Part shown: one piece after another, positions 1 through 11,315 of the stretch | Layout of the letters: every line of letters starts with the position of its first letter | Position numbering within the stretch: position 1 is the stretch's first letter | Assembly (NCBI RefSeq): GCF_006345805.1 | Contig: NC_042999.1 | Location: 70,742,001-70,806,000 of the forward strand | Direction of reading: 5' to 3' | Source of the DNA: Octopus sinensis | Taxonomy: Eukaryota | Length of the DNA: 64,000 nt | Translations under genes and position numbers: made by a program | Notes under the pieces: model-generated | The model's database searches: none | Seen by the model: the letters and a program-made list of their open reading frames with translations, nothing else | Told to the model about the DNA's origin: nothing

Positions 1-59
1 CATTTTATGAAAAATCCTGTAGGTCGCAGAATCAGATGTTTTGTGGTGCTTGTTGCGAT

Positions 60-178
60 TCTTAACACTCTGAGTTCACCACATGGTCAAGTCTCTTTTA
101 CTATAACTTCGGGCGACGGGCCGACCAAATTTGTGAGTGGATTTGGTTGACAGAAACTGAAAAAAGCCCGTCCGGCTA
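60..178 (+). mobile_element. tRNA-SINE family A fragment (OK/OR-like)
   Basis: ggccgaccaaa..tgtgagtggatttgg..gaaactgaaa.aagccc block, also seen at ~17550, 27720, 32390, 35090 and 42900, followed by a (TA)n tail. Confidence 0.6.
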
Positions 179-669
179 TATATATATAGGCGGAAAGAAA
201 TTCATAAATTATTTTTTTTATTTAAGTGTAATGGAAAATAGTTTAAAAAATGTTTTAGATTCATTTATTTTTCGTTTGAGTTATAGAAAAAAGTTTAAAA
301 AAAGATCCCATGTATCATGGCGAGAGAAACAAATTCATGAATACGGTGTTTAATATGGTTTCACCTTGATAAAAAAAAAGTTAAGGGCTATTTAGCTGTT
401 TTTCTCAGTGTGCTTAAATTGCGCTGAATATCCAATGGGATTGCTCGGTTTGGCTCATTCCTTAAAGGTCTTCATTTTCGAAGACTAAATTCTTTCTCTT
501 CGAAAGTCCTCTCCCCATCCCTTCGAAAGCAAAAATTCCCTCACAAATTTCTTTATAATCGGTTCGTTGGCACAAACTTTTGTTCTCGTCATTCGTTTAA
601 TGTACATATTTTTTTTTTACACCTATTACACTTTTTTTTTTGTTGGTGGCCGGATGTTAAAGTAAACGT

Positions 670-673
<4 letters not shown>

Positions 674-705
<32 letters not shown>
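674..705. repeat. (TA)n microsatellite
   Basis: Direct reading. Confidence 0.95.
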
Positions 706-707
<2 letters not shown>

Positions 708-1339
708 GATAGAGATAATTAGAAACTGAAGGGAACATTTTGATTATAGTTTGATTGTGTGTATGTATAGAGCAGAGTTTGCAAATCCATATGGATCTTT
801 TGAGGTCCATGTGGATTTAAATGAAACTTTCTGGTCGGAGTTTTGGAACAAGCACCTTGAAACTTTTTTTAAGTACACAAAACACAAGGTCACTGAGATT
901 ATGATTTGGGTAGAAGAAAAAAATCTTTTCTTCGTTTTGGAGTATGCAACTATTGGTGTTTTCGTTTTTGACTTTTCCAAATTATATTGTCTGAATTGTT
1001 TTAAACAGATTACTTTCTGAAAGGAAAATATTTACATATTCAATTTTTAAAACTCCTGCCAGCTCTTAAACGAATCATAGGACTCGCTGTGTATTTCATA
1101 ATATATATTTTTCTTTAAAAAGTGACTTTTTGAGTTTTGTTTTGAATTTCGACAATTCAGAAGTTGTGGAGGGTGAAAAAAAAAACAAAAAAACTAAAGC
1201 GCAATACCTGTCGTCCCCACCCATATGTATTCAATAATGAAAGGAAGCTATTTAGTAAAAGTTACTTTCACTTCGTTGACGACAAAAGTGTTCGGATTTT
1301 TTAAACAAAAGTACCCCGTATTTTTGGGATTATTTCAGG

Positions 1340-1850
1340 TGGCTTCTTCAGCATACCTACACATGTGTGCCGCCCCACGACTTTGTCTCCTCATAACTTT
1401 CAGAAAAATGTGTTATATGAGAATTTGTTGTGAAAAACGTTTTCCTAGGGGTGGTGAGAGGAGTTTCGGAAAATTCACACGAATCGGCTTAGTTTCCTCA
1501 TAACTTTCAGAAAATGCGTATTTCTTAATGAAATCTGAAAATACCTTTCAGAGTGTGTAGATTACGGTTATATCGGAATTTAATATGAAAAAAAAAAAAA
1601 AGGTGGCCACTCTTCACAATTTTTTTCGAAATTTCAAGTTTCATTTTGTAGATACATATATGTGCAAAGTAAGTACATGTGCGAGCCCGCCATTTTTTTT
1701 TTCTTTTTCATAATAAATTCCGATATAATCGTAATCTATATCATCTGAAGCTTGTTTGTAGAAAATTTCATTTAAAAATATCCATTTTTGTGGAACTTAT
1801 GGGTAAACAAACTTGGTGGGTGGACACACTTGTGCAGGTATGCTTCTTCT
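1340..1850. mobile_element. Non-autonomous fold-back/MITE-like DNA element with nested inverted repeats
   Basis: Inner IR tagattacggttatatcggaattt.. (1558-1605) vs ..aaattccgatataatcgtaatcta (1688-1738). Outer IR agcatacctacacatgtgtg (~1350) vs cacacttgtgcaggtatgct (~1825). Direct repeat cctcataactttcagaaaa at ~1388 and ~1496. Confidence 0.5.
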
Positions 1851-1872
1851 AAGAGTGGAAATAGTGAAAATA

Positions 1873-3303
1873 CAGGGTGAGGCAGAGGAGATGGACGTTT
1901 TTGAAAAATTCACAAAATCATTAATTTTAGCAGCACAAATTTTATTGACATCAATTGGACAGTTCGACCGGGGATCTGGGAAGCCAGAAGGCTCCATCAG
2001 ACTGGAGCCTGGTGCGGCCTTCTGGCTTCCCAGATCCCAGGTCGAACCGTCCAACCCATGGAGAACGGATGTTAAATGATGATGATGATCAATGTGTTCG
2101 TATTGAATTAGCATTTTCAAAATCAAGTGTGGAAAACAACATCTATCATGCGGTGTCCATTTTCATTGATGCGTTTCTGAAGATCTTCTTGGAAGTTGGC
2201 CTCCACTCTCTCCAGCATTGCTCTGTTGATTTGGGTGACTTCCATCCGAATAGTTTCCTTCAAATCATCCAATGTATAAGGCTTAAGCACATACACATGT
2301 ACCTTGAGGTTTCCCCACAAGAAATAATCACATCTAGACAAATTGGGACTGAGGGGGCCAAGGAATGACAGCAAACCTGGAAATGAGGCAGTGACTGAAG
2401 AGAGGGCGAAGAATGTCCATTGATGCTCTGGTTGTGTGGGCCATTGCCCCATCCTGCTGAAACCACACATGTTGAATAGGCTTATGTTTTTGTTGTAATT
2501 CAGGCACAAAGATGTTTATCATCTCTATGTAACCCTTGGAATTCACAGTAACAGCATTTCCATTACTGTCTTCAAAATAGTAAGGACCAATGACGGCAGC
2601 TTTCTAACGGCACACCAAACCATAACTTTTGAACTGTGCAGTCTTTTGTGCTCTTGTTTTTTCAAGAGCCCAATAATGACAGTTCTGTTGATTCACCATG
2701 TCATTGAGATGAAAATGAGGTTGTCATTTGTCCAAAAGATTGCTTCCATCTCATGTGCAAAGTTAAGCTGCTGTGCATAGTCCCATGGTTTCAACTGTTG
2801 CCCAATGACTAACTTGTATAGGTGGAAATGCAGGTCTTCATGCAAAATATACCTTACTGATCGATTACTGATACCAAGTTCAATGGAATGCCTCCAAGCA
2901 GAGTGATTTGGACTCAGTATCAAAATTTGTCTGATACATTCCACATTTTCCGGGGTCCATACTGCTCATGGTGCCCCCACTGGTCTCCTATTCATTAGTG
3001 TACCTCTTGTACAAAGTGCATTCACCCAACATAAGATTGTGTTATGGGTAGGAATAGCCTGCTTTTGGTGAATGTTGAAGTGGCAGCGAAACTCATGCTG
3101 AACTACTGTGACAGACTCATTATTCTTCACGTAACTGTCATAGGCAAATATGCGATGCTCTATTGTCCACAGCATCATGGCTTCACCTGAAAAGAAAAAA
3201 AATGCCAAGACACCTTGGACCGAATGGTACCTGTCGGACATATGTCCCTCCCCCTGGGGCTGAGTAATATCCATTGCAAGAACGTCTTCTCTGCCCCACC
3301 CTG
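1873..3303 (-). mobile_element. Tc1/mariner superfamily transposon, DD41D (rosa/Visitor) type, decayed, with both TIRs
   Basis: TA|CAGGGTGAGGCAGAG.. at 1871 and ..CTGCCCCACCCTG|TA at 3305. Minus-strand transposase pieces include WFQQDGAMAH...WPP(x)SPNLSRCDYFLWG with 41 residues between the two Asp; there are stops and frameshifts. Confidence 0.88.
1956..2090 (+). mobile_element. RTE-LINE 3' tail with fold-back 5' end, nested in the DD41D element
   Basis: Ends gttaaatgatgatgatg like all RTE tails here. 1956-1992 is the reverse complement of 2018-2052. atcaat flanks both sides. Confidence 0.75.
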
Positions 3304-3471
3304 TATTAGCACAAGTGAAATGCATTGTTGCTAAGGACAAGCTGTATGTCATTGCAACAATCTCAAAAATATTCTGGTGTTATTTAGAGTTGTTTGCTGT
3401 GTAAAATAAGTTTGTGTGTGAAGCAACACATTAGGGTGAAGAAATTAAATTGATAATGTTGGTGTAGTTTT

Positions 3472-3552
3472 TGACTTCATATCTTGTGAGAATATCATTT
3501 ACTAAAAATAGTTGACTTCATGTCTTGTGAGAATATCATTTACTAAAATAGT
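3472..3552. repeat. ~41-bp tandem duplication
   Basis: ttgacttcat(a/g)tcttgtgagaatatcatttactaaaa(a)tag occurs twice head to tail. Confidence 0.85.
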
Positions 3553-3904
3553 TGTGTAGATTGAACCAGTGAATTTCTTTGTTACTAGTTTGAAGGAATT
3601 TGTATTTATTCTAGATATGAAATGACTCAAACACTGGACTAAATTCTTTTAAAAAAGAGGAAAAATCAGAATCATCTTTAGCATTTTATTGACTAGCATT
3701 GCATACAATATTATTGTAATAGAGAGAATTATCTGAAAGACCCTCACAAAGCATCAGCAATGAGTTAAGAAAAATCTTTACATTTATGCAGCATATGGAA
3801 AAACAAAAACTTAGTTTATCAGTACATTACAGATTGTCCCAAATAGTGTCCTATTTGTTGAAGACATGCTCTGATATGGAATAAAAAAAAATTAAAGTAA
3901 AGGC

Positions 3905-4602
3905 ATTCTATTGTGAAATTGGCCTGGCAATGAGGAGATACTCAGCTGAAGTCTCTTCAGGAAGATGGCCCTGCTTGATATGTAAGAAGGGTATTGGTAG
4001 AAACTCCATCTGTTGTACCCAGTGCAAGTTTTGAACACATGAGAGGTGTAGTGGTATCACAAGAAGGTTAACAGAAAATAGCCTTTGTGTGTGACAAATG
4101 TGCAGGTACAATAAGCACTAAAAATGCTCTGACAATAAAGTTCCTTAAATGCTTGGGGAGGTCATCTAGAAGTAGTAGATTGCTTCTGTTACCTAGGTGA
4201 CCAAGTTAGCAGTGGAGGAGGAAATTCTGAAAGTTTGTGTGTAAGAGACTGCTGGTTAGGTCATGTGATGCATAGATGAGACAGCTGTGTAAAGAAGTAC
4301 TGATCTCTGTGGAAGGGGTAAACCCGGGAAGACTTGGGATAGAATGGTGAGAAATGATCTTTAGATGCTGGGTCTCACTGAGGAAATGACACAGGACTGG
4401 GAGTTGAGGCAGTTTTCTGTACTTGAGAAGATACTTTGAGCTAAGTAAAATCACAGCCATACATACATACATACATGTTCTTTACAGATACCAGTGCCAA
4501 ATAAAATGCACTCATGCCAGTGTTGCATAAATGTACCTGTACCTGTGCCAGTAGCTTGTAAAAACCACCCATCACACTCTGTAAAGTGGTTGGCATTAGG
4601 AA
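3905..4602 (+). mobile_element. RTE-clade LINE 3' fragment (ORF2 C-terminus plus start of 3' UTR), decayed
   Basis: Conceptual translation SGRWPCLICKKGIGRNSICCTQCKF*THERCSG (Cys-rich knuckle), LEVVDCFCYLGDQVSSGGG, KPGKTWDRMVRNDL*MLGLTEEMT; then the shared 3' UTR motif cacactctgtaaagtggttggcattagga. Confidence 0.85.
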
Positions 4603-4710
4603 AAACATTCAGTTCTATTTTATTTTTTAGATTTTGCTATATTTATGCTGTTGAATACCTTTTTCAGCATTCAAGTGAATGCCCTCTTAATTTCAGCATT
4701 CAAAATTATT

Positions 4711-4885
4711 GAGCTGGCAAAAGAGGGGTACTGTTGCACAGAACAGGCAGTGAAAGTCAGTGCATAAGGGTTTGTTGTAGCCTCTGCACGTGAACTATAA
4801 GGTCAGCACAATCAATGCTTGAAAAAGAAGAGTGATGATGAAATGTCTGTCAGAGACAACTGAAAAAGGACTTGAAGTGGTTATA
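4711..4885 (+). mobile_element. Possible remnant of an RLE-endonuclease non-LTR retrotransposon (HERO-like) C-terminus
   Basis: ELAKEGYCCTEQAVKVSA*GFVVAS...ETTEKG..WL*AKR resembles the remembered xxEVGxRGF...AEKxSRWLW motif; very degenerate. Confidence 0.35.
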
Positions 4886-5444
4886 GGCAAAGAGAAATAA
4901 TAACAGGAGCAAAAAAAGGATGCTGCAAACTGCTAAACAGAGAATTGTAGGAGGGTAACTCAATTTGAAGTAGATCCACAGTGCAAATTCTTTCAGTGGT
5001 CTTCGTGGAAATAAGATTACCCAAAGTTTCTATATTCAGTCTCCACCAAAGGTAGCATTTTAAAAATCGTAGGAGAACACCTGGGAGTCCTTCATGACCT
5101 AGGTGGATTGTCTCTCCAAGAATGTCAATAACAAATGGGTTGAAAAACTTGCTTAAGAGGAGTTTTTCCTCTGAAGATTTCTCCTACTGTCCACTTACCC
5201 TGCAGTAAGCTTCTAATTAATCCAGTAACTTCTTTGAATGGTTCTGATTCAGATGACTGCACATTCCCATGTCAGAATGCTTTAGTGTCTTTGTTACATC
5301 GTCGTTTTCTATTATCATTTAATATCCATTTTCCATGCTGGCTTGAAAGTTGAGTGAATCTTTTGATTATGAATTTCAGCCGTAAATATGAATGAATCAT
5401 ACTCCCATGCATTCCATTAAAGAGGCAATTGGTTTCTTGTTGCT

Positions 5445-5800
5445 TCATCATCATCATTAGCATAATTTTGTGGCCATTTTCCATGCTGGCATGGGTTGGA
5501 CAGTTTGACAGGAGCTGGCAAGCCAGAGGACTGCCAAGCTCTATTGTCCGCTTTGGCATGGTTTCTACTACTGGATGCCCTTTCTAATGCCACTTACTTT
5601 ACAATGTGTGCTGAGTGCTTTTCATGTGGTACCAGCACTGGTGGAGATCACCAAGTAACTTACAAGACAAAGACCTTGACTAGAAGGGGGATAGTATTGA
5701 GGAAGATGGTTTTGTGCCTGTTGAGAGTTTAAAGAATTGTAGTGGGATAGAAATAAGTGTCTTGCTGTAGAGGAAATACATGGCTACTCTAATTAGAAAA
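5445..5800 (-). mobile_element. RTE-type 3' UTR/tail copy
   Basis: catcatcat..ccatgctggcatgggttggacag..ctggatgccc..ccagcact; the continuation matches 25900-26140 in the opposite orientation. Confidence 0.75.
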
Positions 5801-7397
5801 AAAAAAGAGAAAAAGTTAGAATGAAAGATAGAGAAAAATGGTGGTGGAAATGTGTTGGGACATACCCTTAAGGTACAGTGGGAGTGTGAATATAAAGATT
5901 GAACAGTGGAGGGGATAGAGAGGAGCAAGTTTCATAAGAGTGTGAGGAGGGATGGTTAGAGATGGAGTAGAGGTGACTAGTATGTGATAGTGAGAAATAT
6001 GGTAGATATGTGAGGGTATTGAGAGTGATAAGCAGATAAAAGACTTGTTAAGGATGGTGTATAGCAGAGGGGGTGAGAGTAATGGATGAAAGCACAGAAA
6101 AGAGGTGATTGGAAATAGTAGACAAGGAAGACAGTGAGAAAAGGATGAAGGTGACCAAAAAGGAGGGGATGCAGTGTGTGCCTAATCTGTTCTCAGGTGG
6201 TTACAGAAGCCAAGTAGAATCATAGAGGAGTGACAAGTGTCAGGGAATATTGAAACATCTCTCAGAATTTCCAAGTTATCTGGCAACCTTTGTTTCAATA
6301 AATAATACTGAACCTGTTTGAGATTTTTTTCTTGGGTAGTGTCTGTCATATCTCGTTATATTTGACTGGAAGGCAGTGTCTGCCGTATGTTGTTATATTT
6401 TGGCAAAAGGCAAAAACTTGATTCCAAAGTAGATTTTTTTTTCTCCTTTATGCATGTCACCTAATATTTCTGAAGTATAACATTTTACACTGTTTCATGT
6501 TAAAGTGGGTTCTTAACTAATTGCAATATAAGTCTGACAGCAAGCTCACAGTAAAACTATTTTGTTTTGCAATCAACTGGAATTTTCACCTGTGATTTTC
6601 CCTTAACTTAGCAATGATAAAGAAAGCCACTTGTATATCTCAGAGATTAGGAATTTCAGATTTCTTGAAAGAGAACCTGATGATACACATGAAACTGCTA
6701 ATTGAAGAGAGTGGAGACATCTCATTAAGATAAGTAATGCAGTCTTGAGTTTCTGATAAATCATTTGGCCAACCATCATTCTCATGTTATGTGTTAATTG
6801 CTACAAGCTTAATAACATCAAATTTGGTACTTTTTTCAATTTGCTCACTTCAAGGCAAACATGGTTGAGAGCTTGACAAGAAAGAGAGTGAAAAGGAGAG
6901 TATAAATATGAACATTCTGATGTGTGAGTGTGAAAACTGTGATGGAATGAAGGGGAGAAACCAAAGGCTACATATAGGTTTTTAGTAGAAGTTTGAAGTA
7001 AAACAAATCAAAAATAAAAAAAAAATACAGGTTGAGCTGGTTTTTGGTGTAGTAAAAAATCTGTCATGGTAAGAGAGAAAGCAAATGATGAATATCAAGA
7101 GGTGGGTGATTACTAAATTGGTTGGGGATGAGGTAATATAAGAGTGAAAGCTACACTGGTTGTTAGTGGGATAAATAGGATGGATTGAGTTCAATAGATC
7201 AACCTTTTTTTAAACAGGTAAGTGGTTACAGGAGAAAGGCTAATGAATATACTGGAGTATACTGAGCCATAAGGCTCAGTAATATATATATTTCTATATT
7301 CCAAACAACATTACTGTTCTGTATATTAATAAAATGTCCTGCTTGCTCTGGTGGATTCCCTGTCCAGCATTATGCATATCCAATTGTGGTTCTTTGT

Positions 7398-7795
7398 CAT
7401 CATCATTTAATGTCTGTGTTCTGTGCTAGCATGGGTGGGATGGTACCACAAGAGTCGGCCAGGTCAAAGCCTGCACCAGACATCTGTGACTGTTATGGCA
7501 GGATTTTAACAGCTAGATGGCCTTCCTAACACCAACCACTCAGCAGAGTGGACTTCATGCTTTTTATGTGGCACAAGTACAGGCAAGGTGAGAGTGCTTT
7601 TTTATGTAGTACAAGCACAGGCAAGGTCAGTTTTAGCAAAGTTTTTACTGCTGGATGCCCTTCCAAACACCAACCATTTTAGTCATCTCTTTTGTAAAGT
7701 TCAGATTCGTGAGGCTAGTGTTCACTAATTTATCCCATGTCTCTCCAGGTTTCCTTTTTCTACAGCTTCCATCCACTTCAAGTTTTTCACTTCTG
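7398..7795 (-). mobile_element. RTE tail copy plus ORF2 C-terminal fragment
   Basis: Minus-strand tail at 7398-7680. Minus translation KLEVDGSCRKRKPGETWDKLVNTSLTNLNFTKEMTK resembles the RTE ORF2 end. Confidence 0.7.
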
Positions 7796-8038
7796 GTGGT
7801 GAAAAGCACTTGTGGTGGTTCCACATAAAAGTACTTGTGTGGTGCCATGTAAAAGTGTTTGTGCAGTGCCACATAAAAGCACCCAGCACATTCTGTAAAA
7901 TGGTTGGCATTAGGAAGGGCATCCAACTGTAGGAACCATGTCAAATCAGACAAGTCTGGTGCAGCTCCCCAGCTTGCCGACTCCAAACTGTCCAATCCAT
8001 GCCAGCATGGACAATGGATGTTAAATGATGATGATGAT
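7796..8038 (+). mobile_element. RTE 3' tail copy
   Basis: aaaagcacccagcacattctgtaaaatggttggcattaggaagggcatcc...gttaaatgatgatgatga. Confidence 0.85.
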
Positions 8039-8399
8039 AACTGACATCTTTCAATGTTAGCTGCAATTCGGATTGCTAAAGTTAAAGGTTGAACTCTAAT
8101 ACTTATAATTTCAATTATAGGTAAAAAGGGAATTAAAAATGAGGGGTTACCTGAGGGTAAGAGGGATGTAAGTAATGAATATCTATTATTATGATAGGAG
8201 GATATAATTAATTTAAATCATAAGGGGAAAGAAAGAGAAAAAGATACAACTAGATGCCTTGTAATTCTGAAAACATGGAATTAAACCTAAGAGATTAAAA
8301 TTGATGCCTGTTTTCTAATGCAGTCTTCTCTCTTCCATAATACATCTGATTCTTCTTATATCATGCTTTTCTCTTAGCTCATTTGTTCTTCATTGTTTG

Positions 8400-9060
8400 T
8401 GCACACTAATATGACTTGTTTTGTAGTTGTTATATAAGGAATATGACATTAGTTCTATCTCTTCCTCATATAAAGTTAAACTGTATTCCATCCAAGTTAA
8501 TTCTGTTCCTCATCAAATGTGCAATAACACTGTAAATTTCATGATGTTGTCCAATAATTTGAAACCTCTAGTTAACTCTCTCTAGTACATCTCTTGCCCT
8601 TTGTAGCAGTTGATGATTATAGTTACACTTGCCAGTGGGTATGACTCCTTCCTGTGCTGCCTGATTGACTATTTGGGTGACTAGCACCTGCTTTCTTTCA
8701 CCAGGTATTTAAGTAACTTTAATCAACAGACAAGCTGCTTTCCCTACCTTCATATCTTTAGTTGCACTTGCAGCCATACTGCTGTCAGCTTTAATTGCTG
8801 GTCCTTCTGTTGGGTCTACATGGGGTAGAGTCAGTCTCTCTCTCTTGCATTTTCCATATTCAGCAGCCTCTTGTAGTAAGTGGCATTTCGATACTTCTTT
8901 CTTTTTGACATCAGTAAATAAGTGTGCCATTATCATTCCATACACTGTTCTCCCCAACTACATCCTGATTCTTTCTAGTGCACCGTTTTGCAATCTGGAA
9001 CATGTTATACTGCTGATCCATATATTGCAGAGATGTACAAAGCTTTCTACCTGCTCTTCT
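8400..9060 (-). mobile_element. RTE-clade LINE ORF2 fragment (pre-RT and RT N-terminus), decayed
   Basis: Minus translation LPHVDPTEGPAIKADSSMAASATKDMKVGKAA...IVNQAAQEGVIP...IINCYKGK...KLLDNIMK...IAHLMRNRINLDGIQFNF. Confidence 0.8.
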
Positions 9061-9189
9061 CTTGCTTAAATATACAGCTATGATATAATCAATAACTAGG
9101 TCAGCTTACCAACTTGTTCAAAAAACTTAAATATTTCAGATAAATTATTTTATTCCAATAATTTTTTATTATTTTTTAGTTATTTAGGA

Positions 9190-9735
9190 CATCATCATCA
9201 TCATTTAACGTCTGTTTTCCTTGCTGGCATGTGTTGGACGGTTTGACTGGGGTCTGGCAAGCCAGAAGGCCACACCAGGCTTCAATCTGATCTGGCAGTG
9301 TTTCGACAGCTGGATGCCCTTCCAAAAACGCCTACCACTCCGAGAGTGTGGTGGGTACTTTTTACATGTGACAGGTACAGGAGCCAGACGGGGTGAGGGG
9401 GCTGGCATTGACCATGTTCGGATGGTGCTTTTTACATTCCACCAGCCTGGGAGCCAGTCAGATTGCACTGGCATCGACCACACTTAGATGGTGGTTTTTA
9501 TGTGCTACCGGCACAAGAGCCAATCGGGGCGAGCGGGCTGGCATCAACCACATTCATGTGGTGCTTTTTACATAGCACTGGCAATGACTGATGCATGAAT
9601 GGTGCTTATTGTGTGTCACCAGCATGGGAGCCAGTCAGGTGGCACTGGCATTAGCCACAACTACAATTTCCATTTGATTGTGGCTTGATTTGATTTTGAT
9701 TTTGATGTACTTGACTCAATAGGTCTCCTCAAGCG
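9190..9735 (-). mobile_element. RTE 3' UTR copy with several internal hairpin sub-repeats
   Basis: Reverse complement of the 48-49 kb and 58 kb elements, including the tail, the repeated gtgcc..ggcac/aaaaagcacc modules and the aaatc repeats. Confidence 0.85.
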
Positions 9736-10282
9736 AATTTTTAAATAATTTGTGTGCATAGAAAGTATTCTTGTATATCTTTCTTTTGTTATTTTTTTTT
9801 GTCTGTTCAAATCTATACTAATTACCTGTAACCTTTAGTTAATCTCAATAGACAACCAAACAGGGGTCTTTTAAGTAATGACTCAACTACTAGAAATCAA
9901 GGCCAAACATCCCTCAAACCATACCTTACTATCTTAAAAGGAAGAGGGTATGTGTATCTAAGGTATTATAGTTTTGGATACATAATTTCTTAAGAGATTG
10001 GATGATCATTGCTGGAGTACCTTGTGATCATAGGTATACTCATTCAGGGGTGAGTTGGTGAACAACAGTAACACCAGCAGATAACTAATATGTAGAAAGA
10101 AAGAATTATCATTTGAGATAACCAAGGTATTTGATTGATGCATCATTGTTTTGTGTTCGGATTCTGATGGATCGATTTTGTCCATCTTTCCAGAGTTGAT
10201 AATATAAGTGCCATATAATCATTCAATTATCTATAATCTAGAAAGAAAATCAGATTTAGAAATCAAACAAATGTCAGTAATA

Positions 10283-10533
10283 CACGAGCATATGGCGTAG
10301 TGGTTAAGAGTGCGGGCTACTAACCCCAAGACTCCGAGTTTGATTCCAAGCAGTGACCTGAACAACAACAACAATAATAATAATAATAACATTGAAAAAT
10401 GCCTTAGGAATGAGAACCCAGGTTCGAAATTTCCTCAAGACACCTGAAGAAGGCTGGAGGGTCTATCAGCCGAAACGTCATTTTAACAACAAACAAGATG
10501 AGGACAAATATCCGTTAAATGTAACTAATGTAA
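10283..10533 (+). mobile_element. tRNA-headed SINE-like element carrying a minimal hammerhead motif (copy 1)
   Basis: A box TGGCGTAGTGG and B box GAGTTTGATTCC, then (AAC)n(AAT)n, body, hammerhead core and tail. 14-bp TSD aaatgtcagtaata at 10269-10282 and 10534-10547. Confidence 0.88.
10439..10486 (+). ncRNA. Type I minimal (Penelope-type) hammerhead ribozyme motif, stem I decayed
   Basis: CTGAAGA(10444-50)-A-GGCTG[gagggtctat]CAGCC-GAAA-C-GTC, with a palindromic ACGT stem III. Confidence 0.7.
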
Positions 10534-11132
10534 AAATGTCAGTAATATTTAAGTTATTCTTTGCATATGGGAAGATCTCGATAACTTTTTTTATTTTGAA
10601 GCCTTATTGAATTTAAAGGGAATGGTTGGAAGAGCTAAGAATGTGGCATGTGTGAATTCAAAGACCACATCTTTTGCATTGTCACAATGTTTCTTGTACT
10701 GCTATGTAAGTAATATGATATGCATATAACTTTGTCATATTTCTGTTTCATGTTACACAAAAATCTCAGCAAGAGGGCATGTTTATTGCAAATAAATAAT
10801 TAAATTCATATCTATATTCCTTATTGTTGGTTGTTTACAATATATTTTGTTGGAATGAATGGGGAAGGATAGTGAAAAATGCATTGCTATATTCTCAATT
10901 CTCTTTTAGAACACACTTTGATCTAAGGTAAGAATATACTATATCACCTGTTGATATTGCTCCTTATTTAATGGCAATACATTTGACAAAATATGAATAA
11001 ACAAACTCTAGCAAGAAAATATCTTGTAAAGATTGTTTTCGTCCAAATTTCATTCATTGAATGAGGTCATTGACGTCATAAAGAGAACAACAACAAAGCA
11101 CAAACACTTACTACTTAGACTGACAGGAGTCT

Positions 11133-11315
11133 AAGTAGCATATCTACCTCTTCATACTGGCAATTGTTTTTTTGTTCTCTCTCACTTTCTTATTGCTTCT
11201 TTCTCTTTTGTTTTTACTCTTCAGTAGTGTATCTGCCTCTTTATACTGGTAGATATTTTTGTCCCGCTCACTCTCTTATTCTATCTCTTTCTCTTCTGTT
11301 TTCACTCTTCATTAG
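11133..11315. repeat. Diverged ~90-bp tandem duplication preceded by an 11-bp hairpin (11111-11138)
   Basis: agtag..tatct.cctctt.atactgg.a...ctcact.tcttatt....tctttctctt.tgtttt.actcttca occurs twice; ctacttagact-gacagg-agtctaagtag. Confidence 0.6.

Noticed and set aside
751-1020. 89-aa ORF near the window start as a candidate exon 1 or small gene
   Set aside because: No similarity to the SLC25A32 N-terminus or any family I recognise, and no convincing splice donor in frame.
6676-6700. CTGATGA-tacacat-GAAAC
   Set aside because: No stem II pairing and no stem I or III partner.
10286-10360. tRNA gene
   Set aside because: A and B boxes are present, but there is no acceptor stem and it is embedded in a TSD-flanked repeat; it is a SINE head.
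10910-10927. 18-nt microexon candidate (ttttag|...|gtaaga)
   Set aside because: It would introduce TAA in the carrier frame, and such site pairs are common in AT-rich introns; there is no support without RNA data.
11062-11078. CRE octamer TGACGTCA next to TGAGGTCA
   Set aside because: A single 8-mer is close to chance expectation in 64 kb.
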